Source: Camelus ferus (taxonomy: Eukaryota). Taken from it: DNA of 64,000 nucleotides. Below the pieces are notes generated by a model, which was not told the origin of the DNA, did no database searches, and saw nothing but the letters and a program-made list of their open reading frames with translations. A program made the translations under genes and the position numbers. The stretch covers positions 64,792,001 to 64,856,000 of the forward strand of contig NC_045696.1 in the NCBI RefSeq assembly GCF_009834535.1, written 5' to 3'. Below, piece by piece: positions 10,626-23,270 of this stretch (position 1 is its first letter; the number at the start of each line of letters is the position of its first letter).

Positions 10626-13600
10626 AGAAAATTAAAGAAACACGTCTCTAGCTTTAGAGGTTGCCATTTTTCAATTTAGCAAACACTCTTTGTGGACTGA
10701 CTGATGCTACATTCTGCATTAGGCACGGGAGACTCAGCAGGGAGAGATATCTGTACAAGCAAGAGGTATCATACTAGGCAGATTATAACACATCCCAAAG
10801 GTGGGGTACCTCAGAGCCTCAGTTTATTTCAATTTAACAACCTCTTACCTGAGTTAATGTTCTGTGGTTAAGAATCATCCCAAGGAAGGAATAATTAATT
10901 CTGCCTGGGATTCATGTTAGTCTCCCTGAACTTGAAATGCATCTAGGAATTCAAAAGGTAGTGCTGGGTGGGGCAGGTGGGGGCTGTCATGGAAAGGAAT
11001 AGTATCTCCATATATTTACTGGAAGAATGTGTTTGAATACAAATAAGATGCAGGTATAGAAAAGCAATTTTTTTTATGAAGAATTACCCTACAACTCAAT
11101 TCAAGCCTACCCAGCATTGCTCATATTCAGATATGCTGCCTAGTTGTCTATTTTATGCCTCTCCTCTGCCCCTACTTCCACCTAAGTCCATTTGTTCACA
11201 GATATAACACATCAGCTTCAAAGAAAAGTGCAACTTGTATTCTCTGATATCAGAGTTAGAAAGAAACGTCCGAGGAGTACTTATAGATCTGTTCCCTCAA
11301 TTATCATGGAATATCTTTAAACAGTGAAGCTCTTCTTTGTACACCTCAGTGGTTGAAATTGCTGTCTTTATGCCATGGTATTTTCATTGCACGATGTTAT
11401 GAATGCCATGACCGAATATTATTTGTAATGCCGTTAAGTGTTGCAGGGTATTTGCATTTCCTAGGGTGGATATCAGAAATATACTGTGAATCTGCCAAGA
11501 CAGTCTCTCTTGCTGAAATGATCTTTCTTGTTTATACTTAAGCTTCTAGTACTGTCCTTCCCCCTCCACTCATTACTGTTTATAGAAACGATAGCATTGC
11601 AGTTGGTGTCACTGATTGCCCACGTTGCTGCTTCAATGAAGCCAGCTGGGACTCGATTGCATGGTCTTTAAATAAAACTTAGTGGCACAAAATGACTCTC
11701 GTTTTTGAGGGGAGAGAGGTTGTTGCTAGCTGGATCATTCTCTAAGGCACTAATTATTTGCTTAACTTGGAGGAACTTGAGAATCAGTGAATCTCCACGT
11801 TGGCTCAGTGTCTGACCTTGGCGCTGAGGCGCTTGTGGGTAGATAGCATAGAGAAAGTCCTTATGAAGCCAACCTCAAAATGATAGTGATAAACCCAGCT
11901 ACCCTCAGCCCATTTTAGCACTCTGCAGGTAACTCACGGACTAGAGATCGTGGATATACCTGTGGTTCCAGCTACCCAGAGGCCGAAGCTAGATTAGTTG
12001 AAACCAAGAATTCGAGGTAGTAATGTTCTGTGCTGGTCTGTTTACAGACAGCACGGGGATGACCAGGAAATGGTGAGAAGCAGAGTGAAATGTTGGTGTT
12101 GCATTTTCTTAAATTGTCACAGTATGGAAAATGAAGAGTATCAATCACTACTTCTGGCCTATGGCTTCCAAACTTCACTGTGAGTTAGGCAGGGGAGCAT
12201 TCCTCTTTATAGTCATATAGTACAGATTAGGGAACCAAGCCTTATCCAGATGGAGATTTATATGTCTATATAAGTTTATTTATTTTCTCCTGAAAACCTT
12301 TAAATTTATAAGTGTATCTATATCTACCTAAAATATCTATACACTTATGTATGTCTGTGTATCTTTGGTTAAATGCATTTAGAATTGTTAATGACAGTTA
12401 CCTTTAGGGAGTTTGATGACAGACTTGCTTTTTGCTTTACATATTTCTATATTATTTGAATTTTAATGAAAATGTGTTCCTTTTATAATTAAAAAAACTA
12501 GTGATATCTATTTTAGATTATGCAGTTTTCTACTCATAGCAGGAAACTTTGAAAATGTAAAATCTGTTGAATAAGAAAGATCACTTATAAAACCATGACC
12601 TCAGTATAATACTTCCCGTTCTTATTGTGTGAATTTTTACAAGTTATCACATGAAAGTTACATACTTCGTTTCTTTTCCTATGCGCTTAAACAATTATTC
12701 TAAATATGGAAAGAAATACTCATATTGAAATATTTGGAAAATACCCTTTTTTTAAAAGGAACTACAAGAAGCTGTTAATAGTGGTTAGTTGGAGAGAGAT
12801 GCTTTTAGGGCAGTGGAAAAGGAGGCCTCTTTTTTTTAGCTTTGTGCATTTCTGCATTGTTTCTTATGATTTGTATACATTGATTTTATATATTTATATA
12901 TATAAATCAAGATATAGATAGGTGGGAAATCGTGAGCCATTTATTTATATTTTCTTTTTTTTAACTTACAGATATTAAAAACACTAATAGATATGTGTCA
13001 TTTTACAAACAAATCTCCTAAATGTGATTTTAAATTACTTTATAGAATGACATCGCATGTTTATACTATAATTATCATCTGCCTACTGTTGGATCACATC
13101 CATCTTTTTAAACCTTTGAATTTTGTTTTTAAAAAATTTTGACGAATGTCTCTGTGTAGAGATCTGTGCGTGTGGTGGGCTTAGAGGGTAGTAATCAGTC
13201 ATAACTTTTCTTTTTCCTCCTTTCCTCTACCTTCATCTTGAGTTCAAAACAGTTGAGAAAATAGACAAGGTGTCCAATGGACAGCTATGAAATGTATCTG
13301 CTTTCTTACTGGATTGCTGGAATATTGCATTAGAGAATGGTCAAAATTGAACTTAACACCATTCTCTCCAAACTAAATCTTGATGTAAGCAAATACCCAC
13401 TAGAGAGAAAGTTGGGTCCACAGAGCAAGCCCGCCTGCTGAGAAATCCAGCCTTCCCCCTGGTGAGCCCCAATAGTGGAGTGGAGAGATTTGGACTCCAC
13501 AGTTACCTCTAAAGTCAGGTCTGAGCCCTGAGCTGTTTGTTATCTGCTCAGCAGCTCAGAATGTGTCCAGAATGTGTCAGTGGACAGATCCACAGAGACA

Positions 13601-13894
13601 GAGAACCCACAACAAGCCTGAGGACCCTTCACCTGCCCCATTTTTCCTCCCAGATCTCACAAATTAGGTAAGTTTTTCCTCTTCCTTGGAAAGGAGTGAG
13701 AAGGGTGGATGGAAGGGCACAGATTCTCTTCCCATTTGTTGGAAAAGACAAAAGTGCCTCTTTTGTGAACCAAAAGTAAATGTGAAAAGTAGGAGCAGGA
13801 ATTTACTCTTGCAGCATGTAACTTTCAAGGGCAAAACTATTTTTAAGCCTTCAGTAACGTATACTTTAACAGCCGTATAATATTTCCCTGGTTC

Positions 13895-14030
13895 TGTGTG
13901 ACTGTGGGCTAGTTCCTCGGTCTCCCCGTGCCTCGTATTTAATGATAGTTCTGAGTTTATAGGGTTGTTCTGAGCATTAACTGCCTTAATGTCTGTAAGG
14001 TTCTCAGCCTGTGAAATCCTGGGCACTTAG
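13895..14030 (+). mobile_element. MIR fragment
   Basis: tgtgtgactgtgggctagttc...tttatagggttgttctgagcattaa...cctgggcacttag. Confidence 0.7.
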
Positions 14031-16069
14031 TTTTCAGTATTTCCTGCTCTTCTTTTTCTTGCCTTTTATCCCTCCTGGTGTTATAAAATACCAGATACAT
14101 GCTGTTAGTGTGTGGTTTATCCCATCTTAGTCTTTCTCTTAATTTAAGGTGAAAAAAAAAAGTGCACCATACTAAATCTTAGGATGTACTTAAAATTTTA
14201 ATCTGTGTGTTTAACTTTCCCTCACTGTTTTAAGATAGGCCTTAATTTTGGTAAAAAGCAAAGGAGTCTATACCTAGCCAATTTCATTTGTAAAGATTCC
14301 TGTTTGTTTTCTTATAACTGATAATTACCGTAATATGCATAACATTAAGAAAAATACTGGATTTCATTTTATTTGTAGAAAGAAATGTAAAATGTTATCA
14401 GGGAGTAATTTGTTTGTAACAGGTAATTTGGATGGTACACTTAAGTGACTTTTGATAACTAAATTTTTGGAATCAAACATGGTAGCACTAACTTTAGTCT
14501 TAATAGTTCATGTTGCTCGAGTTTTAACTGTCTGTTGTGTTGGTAGATTATTTGGAAGATCAAGACAGGAGGCAAACAAAAGTCACATTAAATTTTAATG
14601 CTGTAGAATCAGCGTAACTGAAAAAATCTTACCTCCAGAGGACTTAGTAAATTCACTTTAATTTGTTTTCAAGTCCTGGCAGGTAGACTCAGTAGACCAT
14701 TGATTTTCCATTCCTTTGTTGTGTTTCCCTCACCAGGTAATTTCTAGGAAATACTGAGGAGTATTTACACATTCCACAAATATGTCCTGGTGTTCATTTG
14801 ACAGCTCTGTCAATATTCTTCACTCTGAACCACTGAGATACAGGAACTTTCTTACTCTCCTCTTTCAGTCTTGAGGAAAACCAGCCTGTGGGTCTTCAGA
14901 ATAATTTGCTGAATACTGAGGAAGGCAGAGGTGTATAGCAGTGTGGAGAATGAAAATCTACAGACAGACATCAGCTACCACTGCTGCTAAAGTCCATAGG
15001 CTGCGTTCTCCTCTAGGAGAGCCTCCTGATCGTCTCTTTGTAGCCCCTAGCCTCGTTTTGCATTATGGATTTCTTTATTTCCCCAGCAGTTGGAAACTAC
15101 TACTCCAGATTGCGGAGAGACAGAGAAGTTATTCCCATTCCCATTCTAAGGCTCGTTGATTTTTTTTTTTTTTTAATTGCGTGATGACTGAGAGTGGAGC
15201 ATTCATGTCCTATAGGAGAAACACTCACTCACTCCCAGCACAGGACATGGTCTGGCCACTCCTGGTCCAGAAAAAGCAATCATGGTAGTTATCAGCACAT
15301 TTCTAAATGTTTGGGTTATCCATTTTAAATAATAGCAGATGAGGAGTACCAGAAGTCAGCCCAGGTATCACCACACCTTTCCACCATCTTTCTTTCAAAG
15401 TAGATTGCAAAGGGGATTAGTCTGGCATGCCCTTCTTGGCATGATCTTGTCTCGCCAACTCTTGGAGCAAAGAAGATAGGTCTTGTAAGAATGAACAATG
15501 ATTTTCAAATAGGGCAGCCTAAATGTAGAGAAACATTCTTTAGCCCTGAATGAACTTGGTTCTGTTCAAAATGTATCCAATTTAAATTACTGAAAAATGC
15601 ATAGCAGCTCAGGTGAAAGCGTTAGCTTCAGTGGTTGGAGCAGTTTTACAGCAACAGAGACTAGGAAATTGACTTACAGTTGTATGATTGGAAAGGCTAA
15701 ACAAGATGGTCCCTCTGAAAACAAACGAGTTTCTCTGACAAGAAGTGCTAATTTTTTCCCCTAGGAAGCAAAAGTTACTAACACTGCCCTTACCCCAAAG
15801 TGTAATCTATCCAGTTATAAGAATTTGGAGGTTCAGCCTAATTAGCTCCTCTGTTGCTTGAAGAGTTGAATATTTTTGGATTTTCAAGGCAAAGATAGTA
15901 TGGAACATCCCTTCAGTTGTATGTTTACTCATCTGGCATTTACTGAGACCCACACCACGTGCCAAGCAATGGGCCTGCATGAAGCCGGTTCTAAGATAAT
16001 TCATCCTTTGATAGGGAGATAATAAGTGAGCACAGTCTATCCTAATTTAAGTATTATAGTTGGTTGTTC

Positions 16070-16513
16070 TTTTTTTTTTTATTGAAGTATAGTCAGTTAT
16101 AATGTGTCAATTTCTGGTGTACAGCATAATGTCCCAGTCATGCATATATATACATGTATTTGTTTTCTTATTCTTTTTCATTGAAAGTTTTTATAAGATA
16201 TTGAATATGGTTCCTTGTGCTATACAGAAAAATATTGTTTTTTATCTATTTTTTACATATAGTGATTAACATTTGCAAATCTCAAACTCCCAAATTTATC
16301 CCTTCCCACCCTCTTTCCCCCGATAACCGTAAGATTGTTTCCTATGTCTGTGAGTCTGTTTCTGTTTTGTAGATGAGTTCATTTGTGTCTTCTTTTTTTC
16401 TTTCATTCAAATTCCACATGAGTGATATCACATGGTATTTTTCTTTCTCTTTCTGGCTTACTTCACTTAGAGTGACCATCTCCGGGTCCATCCATGTTGC
16501 TGCAAATGGCATT
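16070..16513 (-). mobile_element. 5'-truncated L1 (3'UTR plus end of ORF2)
   Basis: Poly-T, then ttattgaagtatagtcagtt...ggcttacttcacttag...ccatgttgctgcaaatggcatt. Degraded TSD tagt(t)ggt(t/a)gtt. Confidence 0.92.
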
Positions 16514-17274
16514 TAGTGGTAGTTAGCATTGTCATTATTCTGGAAGGGACTGCTATGTTGGGTGTAGAGATAAACTGTCTCCAAGGTTTTTGTTTTTAGG
16601 TTATCTTCTCTGATAATTCTTTTTTGCTGCTGTGATTGTTTACATGTGCTCAGTTCAAGTTCTACTTGAGCAGATTAAGGGCTTAGTTTGCTTTCATCAA
16701 GCCAGGAATACTCTAGCTGTAGTGTACATGAGGCTGACTAGCCTTAGGTGGCTCACCATTATGATTTTGTTTTCCAGAATGCTCTGGGTTGTGTTATTTC
16801 AACTGAAATTGGAATTGGGAGGGCACAAGAAGGAATAGGAGATAAAATATACATAGTGTTTTTTTCAAGGTTAAAATACAGAAACAGTCAGAGATTAATG
16901 TGACAGACACTAATATGCCTGCGACTCAGAATGGGCAAATTATTAGCATTGTGCCATGTGTATTTCAGATTTGCTTAAAATAAAGAAGTCAAACACTGCT
17001 GATAAAATTAAAAGCACTTAGAACTGTTTCCAGCTCTGTTCTAGCGTGCCTTCCTCCTCAGGTTGCGTGCTATATGCTCCTCCAGTCCATGCTTTTACTT
17101 AACATGTGTCATATAGGATACTGTTGTGAGTGTTTCTAAAATTTATAGAAGTGGTCGTGAACTGTACTTATCTCTCTGCATCTTATTTTTTCACTCAATT
17201 CTGTGTTTTTGAAATTCACCCCTTTTAATACAGATGCATCAGGTTCTGAAACATGTAGCGGGGCATGAGGGAAT

Positions 17275-17500
17275 CTGGAGCGGTGGCCGAGAGCGTGGGC
17301 CAGGCGGCCTGGGTTTGACCTGCCTCTGAGACTGACCAGTTATGTGACCTCGGACAGGTGTCTTAACCCCTCAGGGCCTCGGTTTTCTCATTTGTAAAAT
17401 GGTAATAGCAGCAGCACCTACCTTGTAGGGATGTGGTGCAGAGTAAAATCAGTTAATACATATGAAACTCTTAGAACACTGCCTGACACTGAGTGTAGTA
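17275..17500 (+). mobile_element. MIR SINE, near full length
   Basis: tatgtgacctcggacaggtgtcttaacccctcagggcctcggttttctcatttgtaaaatgg...cttagaacactgcctgacac. Confidence 0.92.
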
Positions 17501-17729
17501 GATTTATTATCTGTATGTTCCTTTGGGAATGTGTATTGACTCATAGTAGGACGAGCAGCCTTGCTTGGCTGATATTCCCTGATTTTTTTTCACATCCAGC
17601 CCTGTGTTAAGGAGAAAAAAACTCTGTATCCAGGGTTGGATTCCTAATTGGGTATTGAGTGGGGCAGAATGGGGGTGGGGGGGGGTCACTGCAGCTGGAG
17701 AGATCAGTGAGTCACTAAGAAACAATCAT

Positions 17730-17868
17730 CTTTTTTTAAATTGAATTTTAGTTGATTTACAATATGTTAAGTTTCTGGTGTACCACATGGTGATTCAGTT
17801 ATACATTATATATAGTCTTTTTCATGTTCTTTTTCATAATAGGTTATTACAAGCTGTTGAACAGAGTT
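17730..17868 (-). mobile_element. Short L1 3' end
   Basis: aattgaattttagttgatttacaatatgttaagtttctggtgtac...gattcagttatacat. Confidence 0.85.
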
Positions 17869-18584
17869 TGGCTGGACTGTTGCACAGTGGACTAGAGTCA
17901 AAGGAATTTGCAGTGTCAGCTGAATAATTGCTGTATTGTTTAGGGCTTTGGTTTTATTGTATCAGTGGGGCTACAGAAACACCTGTATGGTCTGCCTTCC
18001 ACCTCTAGTCTCCTCTGGTTGTGTACTGACCTTCCCTTTCCTGCTCTTGGAAATTGTAAACAGGGTGTACTTTGTCGTCTTTGAATTGAGAGGGAGTGGT
18101 TCTTGGCTGAGCTGGAACTACAGTGAGTACTTAAGACGGAAGCAAATCCCTCTAGAGATGTAAGAGGAAAAAGAAACGAAAGACTAGGTGGAGCCGAGGC
18201 TGTCCAATGACTTCAGATCTGTGCCAGCTCTACTTTCCAAGCCACCTGGGCCTCCTTAGCAGGTTCCGTATAGCTGAATATAGCCAGCTTTCTCAAACGA
18301 TGGAAGTGTATTTCCAAGGCAGACATTAAAACTGAGTGAAGGCTGTGTTCTGATTGACCTCTTCACCTCCTGAAGCTGTTTGGCATGACCAGGTGTCAGT
18401 GATCTAACGAACCTTGCTGTCATCGTCACGACACGCGTGTTAGGAAGCAAACATGATGCCTGTGCTGAAATCTTCTAATGAGGAGGGACCATTTAACATC
18501 CTACATAGGGAGTGTAAGTGCCTCAAAATTTAGAATCATAATATTTGGGTCCCAGCAACAATTTTAGGAATTGAAAACACACTT

Positions 18585-18850
18585 TTATTTGGCAGATGAA
18601 GAAACAGCAAACTTGAGACAGTTATTCAAAGCCCCATATCATGTAAAGTGGCTGGACTTAGAATCCAGGAGTTTTAATATATGGAATCTGGACACTAATT
18701 TGGGATCTTTCATTCCCTCATTTCATGAACTTAGGCAAGGTTCCTAACCTCTTGTAAGCCTCAAAATCCTCATCTGTAAGGTGCATAAAAGCATTCTTGC
18801 TCCATGAAAGCATTGTTTGAAGTCTAACTTGAAATAGTGCACATGCTGAA
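18585..18850. mobile_element. Two MIR fragments in opposite orientation
   Basis: cagatgaagaaac...ctggacttagaatccagg (reverse), then ttaggcaaggttcctaacctcttgtaagcctcaaaatcctcatctgtaa (forward). Confidence 0.7.
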
Positions 18851-19717
18851 GGGCAAAATTTAAAAAAGCATAATACAAATATAACTAATTTATTATTACT
18901 GTTATTACTGTATTTGATGCATTTATGACACAGGGCTATACTGGAGGTAAAATAAAGCTTCATTTTGTATTGTCTTCACGGAGAGGGTGTGAGTTAGTGT
19001 TTTATCAACATGAAACTTACAGTTTCTTTGGAATGAGAATTGTATCTTCCAGTAGCCATCACATCTCGTTGCACACACATTTTTCTGGCCTATGCTGTTT
19101 TGATGCTGCTTGAAAAGGATGCTATTCTCATGGACAGTGTAGAACCTTTCCAGTGTGCATTGTGAAGAGGGACAGTATGACAGAGGTTAGGGCATTTTGT
19201 TGATTTTAACCTTCCTTTAAACTCTCACCAATGGTCTGCAAAGGATGTGGTCATATACTCCAGTGTGCAGACTGACTTCTGTTATTGAGGGCTTAACATC
19301 ACTTAGTTTTCAGTCAGTGGTGAGCGAATCTACACTATATTCAAGTTTAATTTCTGGGATCCGTAGGCACTTTAGTCTATGAGGCGGAGAGGACAAATGA
19401 GCTACTTTCAAGTGTAGTAATCACATTAATTAATGGCCGCTTCTAATAAAAATAACTTAGCACAAACAGGAGGAAATAGTAAAAGCTCATATGGGCACTA
19501 GCAGTCAGACATATTCTAGACATAATTGGGTTCCTAGTATGTGCTTGGCATTGGACATATAGAGATAAGTCAACTCCTGCCACAAGGAATTCGTAGTGTG
19601 GCAAGGGAGCGAAGATAATAAGCAAAAAACGCATCTTCAGGGGTAGGTGCTAGACTAAAGGTAGGAACAATTTATCTTGGAAATAGAGAGATGAGAGCAG
19701 TTCCTTCTGCTTAGTGA

Positions 19718-19751
19718 TATGTGTGTGTGCGTGCGTGTGTGTGTGTGTGTA
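19718..19751. repeat. (TG)n microsatellite with CG interruptions
   Basis: Directly visible. Confidence 0.9.
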
Positions 19752-20786
19752 GTCGAGGAGGTTTATCTGGAAAGGCTTCAGAGGAATATGCTGCCAGAGA
19801 TGCATTTTTAAGAATAGATAGGCATCCACCTTGCATAGAAAATGATGGGAAGGACATTTTGGGTAAAGGGGAAAACATGCGCTAAGGCGTAGGGCCAAGA
19901 AAGAGCATGTGTTTCAGGCTAAATTTGCTCATTCTTTCCTTCATTCCTTCACTTGTCTACGGCCTACTCTTTGCCAGGTACTATTCTGATTGCTGGAGAT
20001 TCAGTGGTGAGCGAAACAATGTCAATTTTAAGAGCTGACTTTCTGGTGCAGAAGTAAAACAATAAATAAATAAACAACTAACGTGCATATAATATAGTGT
20101 CAGGTGGTGGTAAGTGCTGTAACGAGAAATAAACACATTAAGGGGCTAGAGAGTGAAAGGAAGATCTCTTTAGATACAGCAGTCTTCTCTGGGGGCATGG
20201 CTTTTAGGTAGAGGCGCAAGGAAGTGAGGGATCAAGCCTGCGATTACTGAGGGAGAACTTGGTCTCACTGGAAGGAGCAGCGAGTGCAAGGGTCCCGAAG
20301 CAGGAATAGGCTCGACATACTCAAAGATGAGGGAGAAGGGCAGCGGGGCAGGAGCAAAAGGAGGACGCGTGGTAGGAAAGGATGTTGTTTATGGTGTGGT
20401 AGGCTGTGGCCAATGTTTGGAATTTATTTTGGGAATTATGCAAAATTGCTAAAGGGTTTTGAGCAGGGTTGTATTTTGAATGGATCACTCTGGCTGCAGT
20501 ATGATAATAGACTTGTATCAGGGAGACTATTTAAGAGGCTATTACAGTATTTTTGTGACAGGCTTGGAATAGAGTCAAATGTGCTAGGTGGTGAGACATG
20601 GTCTGGTTTGGGATGTGTTTTGAGGTAGAGTTGACAGGACTTGCTAACTGATCGAGAGAAGGAGAGAGGTCAAAGGTGACTCAGGTAATTATGCCTGAGT
20701 GAGGGAAGAGGGGTATCTTTCATTGAGTTAGGAAACAAAGAAGCGTAGAGTTGCTTTGGGGAGATAAACTCAAGTGTTCTGTTTTG

Positions 20787-20931
20787 TTTGTTTTTTATTT
20801 ATAATTTTTTTCATCTTTTTTGGGGGGAGGTAATTAGGTTATTCCTTTTTTAATGGAGGTACTGGGTATGCCCAGGACCTTGGGCATACTAGGCGGGCAC
20901 TCTACCACTGAGCTATATATACCTTGGCCCC
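20787..20931 (-). mobile_element. tRNA-derived SINE (vic-1-like) inserted in L2
   Basis: Reverse complement reads tatagctcagtggtagagtgccc...cagtacctccatt...aacctaattacctcccccc. 18-bp TSD ctcaagtgttctgttttg (20769-20786 / 20932-20949). Confidence 0.92.
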
Positions 20932-21644
20932 CTCAAGTGTTCTGTTTTGCATATGTTAAATTTGACATAGAATAAAACATAGACACTGACCTGAAAGATA
21001 CAAGCCTGGAATTTAGTGGGGTCCAGGGCTGGAGATATGAATGTATGATTAATCAGCATATAGATAGTATTTAGAATCCCAGAACTGTACTCAGTTACAT
21101 AAGGAATTAGTGTTGATACAGAAAAGGAGAGATTTGAGGACTAAGCCTGCAGTACTCCTGTACTGAGCCATTAGGAGCTAAATGCTACCAAAGAGACTCA
21201 GAAGGACTAGCTTGAAAGGTGGAGGAAACTCAGGCGAGTGTGGTAACAGGATGTAAGTGAAGAAAGTGGCAAGAAAGGATGACCAACTGGGTCACATGCT
21301 GACGAGAGATCGGTAGCATGCAGGCTGAAGATGGAACTTTAGGCTGGGAAATGTGGAGGGCTTCCCTAATCTTGGCGAGTAATTTCAGCGGAGAGGTGGG
21401 TGTGAAAGTCTGATTGGAATGGGCTTAAAGGACTAGAAGGTGTGATAGTGGAGAGAATGAATACAGAAGAATCTTTCTAAGAGTTTTACAGTAAAGTTGT
21501 GTGGAGAGATGAGGGAATGTGGGATCAAGGGGAACATTGTTTTTGTGAAATGTTATGGTATATTTATGTGCTAATGAGTGTGATTAACTAGGAAAAGGAA
21601 AGCTGCTGTTACAGGAGAGAGATTGAGAATATTGCCAGAGTAGT

Positions 21645-21836
21645 TGGCTTCCCATGGTTAACACATTCCATGCTTGGACCAGTTACATCATGGTTACATC
21701 AGACTTGTTAAAAAACAGATTGCCTTGTCCTACACTATACCTCCTATCAGGGACCTATCAAAAAGGTCCCATGTGCTTAAGTTTTTAAAAAGCTTTCCCA
21801 GTAATTATAGTGTAGAGCTAGACTTGGGAACTTCTG
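21645..21836. mobile_element. MER5-like hAT-Charlie MITE (degraded)
   Basis: cttgttaaaaaacagattgcc...tttttaaaaagctttcccagtaattat...ttgggaacttctg. Confidence 0.6.
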
Positions 21837-23024
21837 TTTTAAGCAACACAGTGTATTGCAGTAGTGGCAAGAGCATTGACTTGGGGTGGCAGAAGATGGG
21901 GTTGCAAATTTTGACTTCTTATAAATCTTTAATCTCTTAGCTTTGGCTTTTCTTATTTTTGGATTTCCCCTCCTAGGAATTCTCTTAAGCATTGAGCACT
22001 GGAGGCTGCTAATGGGTTTTGGAGCCAATGTGGTTCCTCTACGGGGATATTAATGGAAGTTTCTGGCTGTCACAGATTGTGGTTAGAAACACTTTGATTA
22101 AGATTTTAGGCACATAGTTACCGATTGAAAAAGTGGCAGTCATATACTTTCCTCTCTTGTAGGAATACACATAAGTATCCACAAGATTGCCAAATCTAGC
22201 ACACACATGTTCAAGAAATTGGGACAAAGGGGACCATTAAGATTTACACCTGTATATTGAGTCCAAACTAGGTGCTCAGAAACTTGATTATTTAGGAAGA
22301 AGAATACCATGAAGTCAGGTTGGATCTGGAATCCAAAAGCCTGGGTTTTATTTTTGGCTCTGTAATTTGCAGACTATATGAATTTTGTGACATTGTGAGT
22401 GTTCATATGAAAATGAGTGTGCTGGCTTTTCCCTGCTTCCATCCTACAGTTACAAAGATCAAATGAGTGGAAAACATTTCATGACTGATAAAGACTTTTA
22501 ACTGTAAATTTTATATGTGTGTATATATATAGTATCTATATGTAGTATATATATATAATTGTTGATGCAAATTGTGAAAAATAGCTTTTGTAAACACAGT
22601 TTTACACTACATTACACAAATATCTTTGAAAAGTGATCATTCACACCCCATCATCATTTGTGATGCAAAGTAGGGCTGTTTAAAATGTACGTGTTTACAC
22701 ATATGAAAACACACAGATCTAAATGCATATGTGGGTATCTAGCTTTGTTCAGTATTAGTTTTGTTAGTTTTCCTCAGAGATTAGGATGATTTTTGAATTA
22801 TATTTCTTGAATTATATTTTTGAATTATACTTGAATTATAATTAAATATTGTATGTCAGCCTAAACCCCTAAATTCTTCTGCAGCATTTTCAAATATGGA
22901 AGGTAAGCCTGAGAGCTTCACAAGTACCTCTCTCTGCACTACAGCTGTGTTTCAACCTGCATCCCATAAATTTGGGAAAGAAATCGCAAATGAGAGAGGG
23001 AACAGGATACTGCAGCAGGCTGCA

Positions 23025-23270
23025 TCATTGTACTCCATGCTGGTTACAAGACCCTGGAGGTGGGAAGGAGGAGACTGTCTGGTCTTGGGTAGCATGCTTC
23101 CCAAAGGGTATTATCAAACTAGGGGACATCTCAGAGATGCTGACCAGGATATTAACAGGGTTTGAAATTGTGACTTATAAGGAGCAGGTAAAGGCCTTAC
23201 AGATAGTTAACCTAGAGAAGAGAAGAGAAGATGGAGGTAGACTATGACAGTCTGGTTATTTCAAGGGAGC
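23025..23270 (+). mobile_element. L3/CR1 LINE fragment
   Basis: caaactaggggacatctcagagatgctgaccaggat...ttataaggagcaggtaaagg...ttaacctagagaagagaag resembles the CR1 ORF2 C-terminus (YEERLKELG.FSLEKRR). Confidence 0.75.

Larger units (their letters stand above)
19500..21635 (-). mobile_element. L2 LINE remnants (short piece plus ~1.7-kb L2a-like segment)
   Basis: cattctttccttcattcc...tgccaggtactattctgattgctggagattcagtggtgag...ggatcactctggctgcag...ggtagagttgacaggacttgcta; interrupted by a SINE. Confidence 0.85.

Noticed and set aside
9420..16513. Two L1 3' fragments truncated near the same ORF2 position (PFAATW)
   Set aside because: Only two cases, with different 3'UTR types; short truncations are common, so coincidence is sufficient.
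22793..22840. CRISPR-like array (also 63304-63373)
   Set aside because: Units of 10-15 bp with spacers under 10 bp, eukaryotic context and no cas genes.
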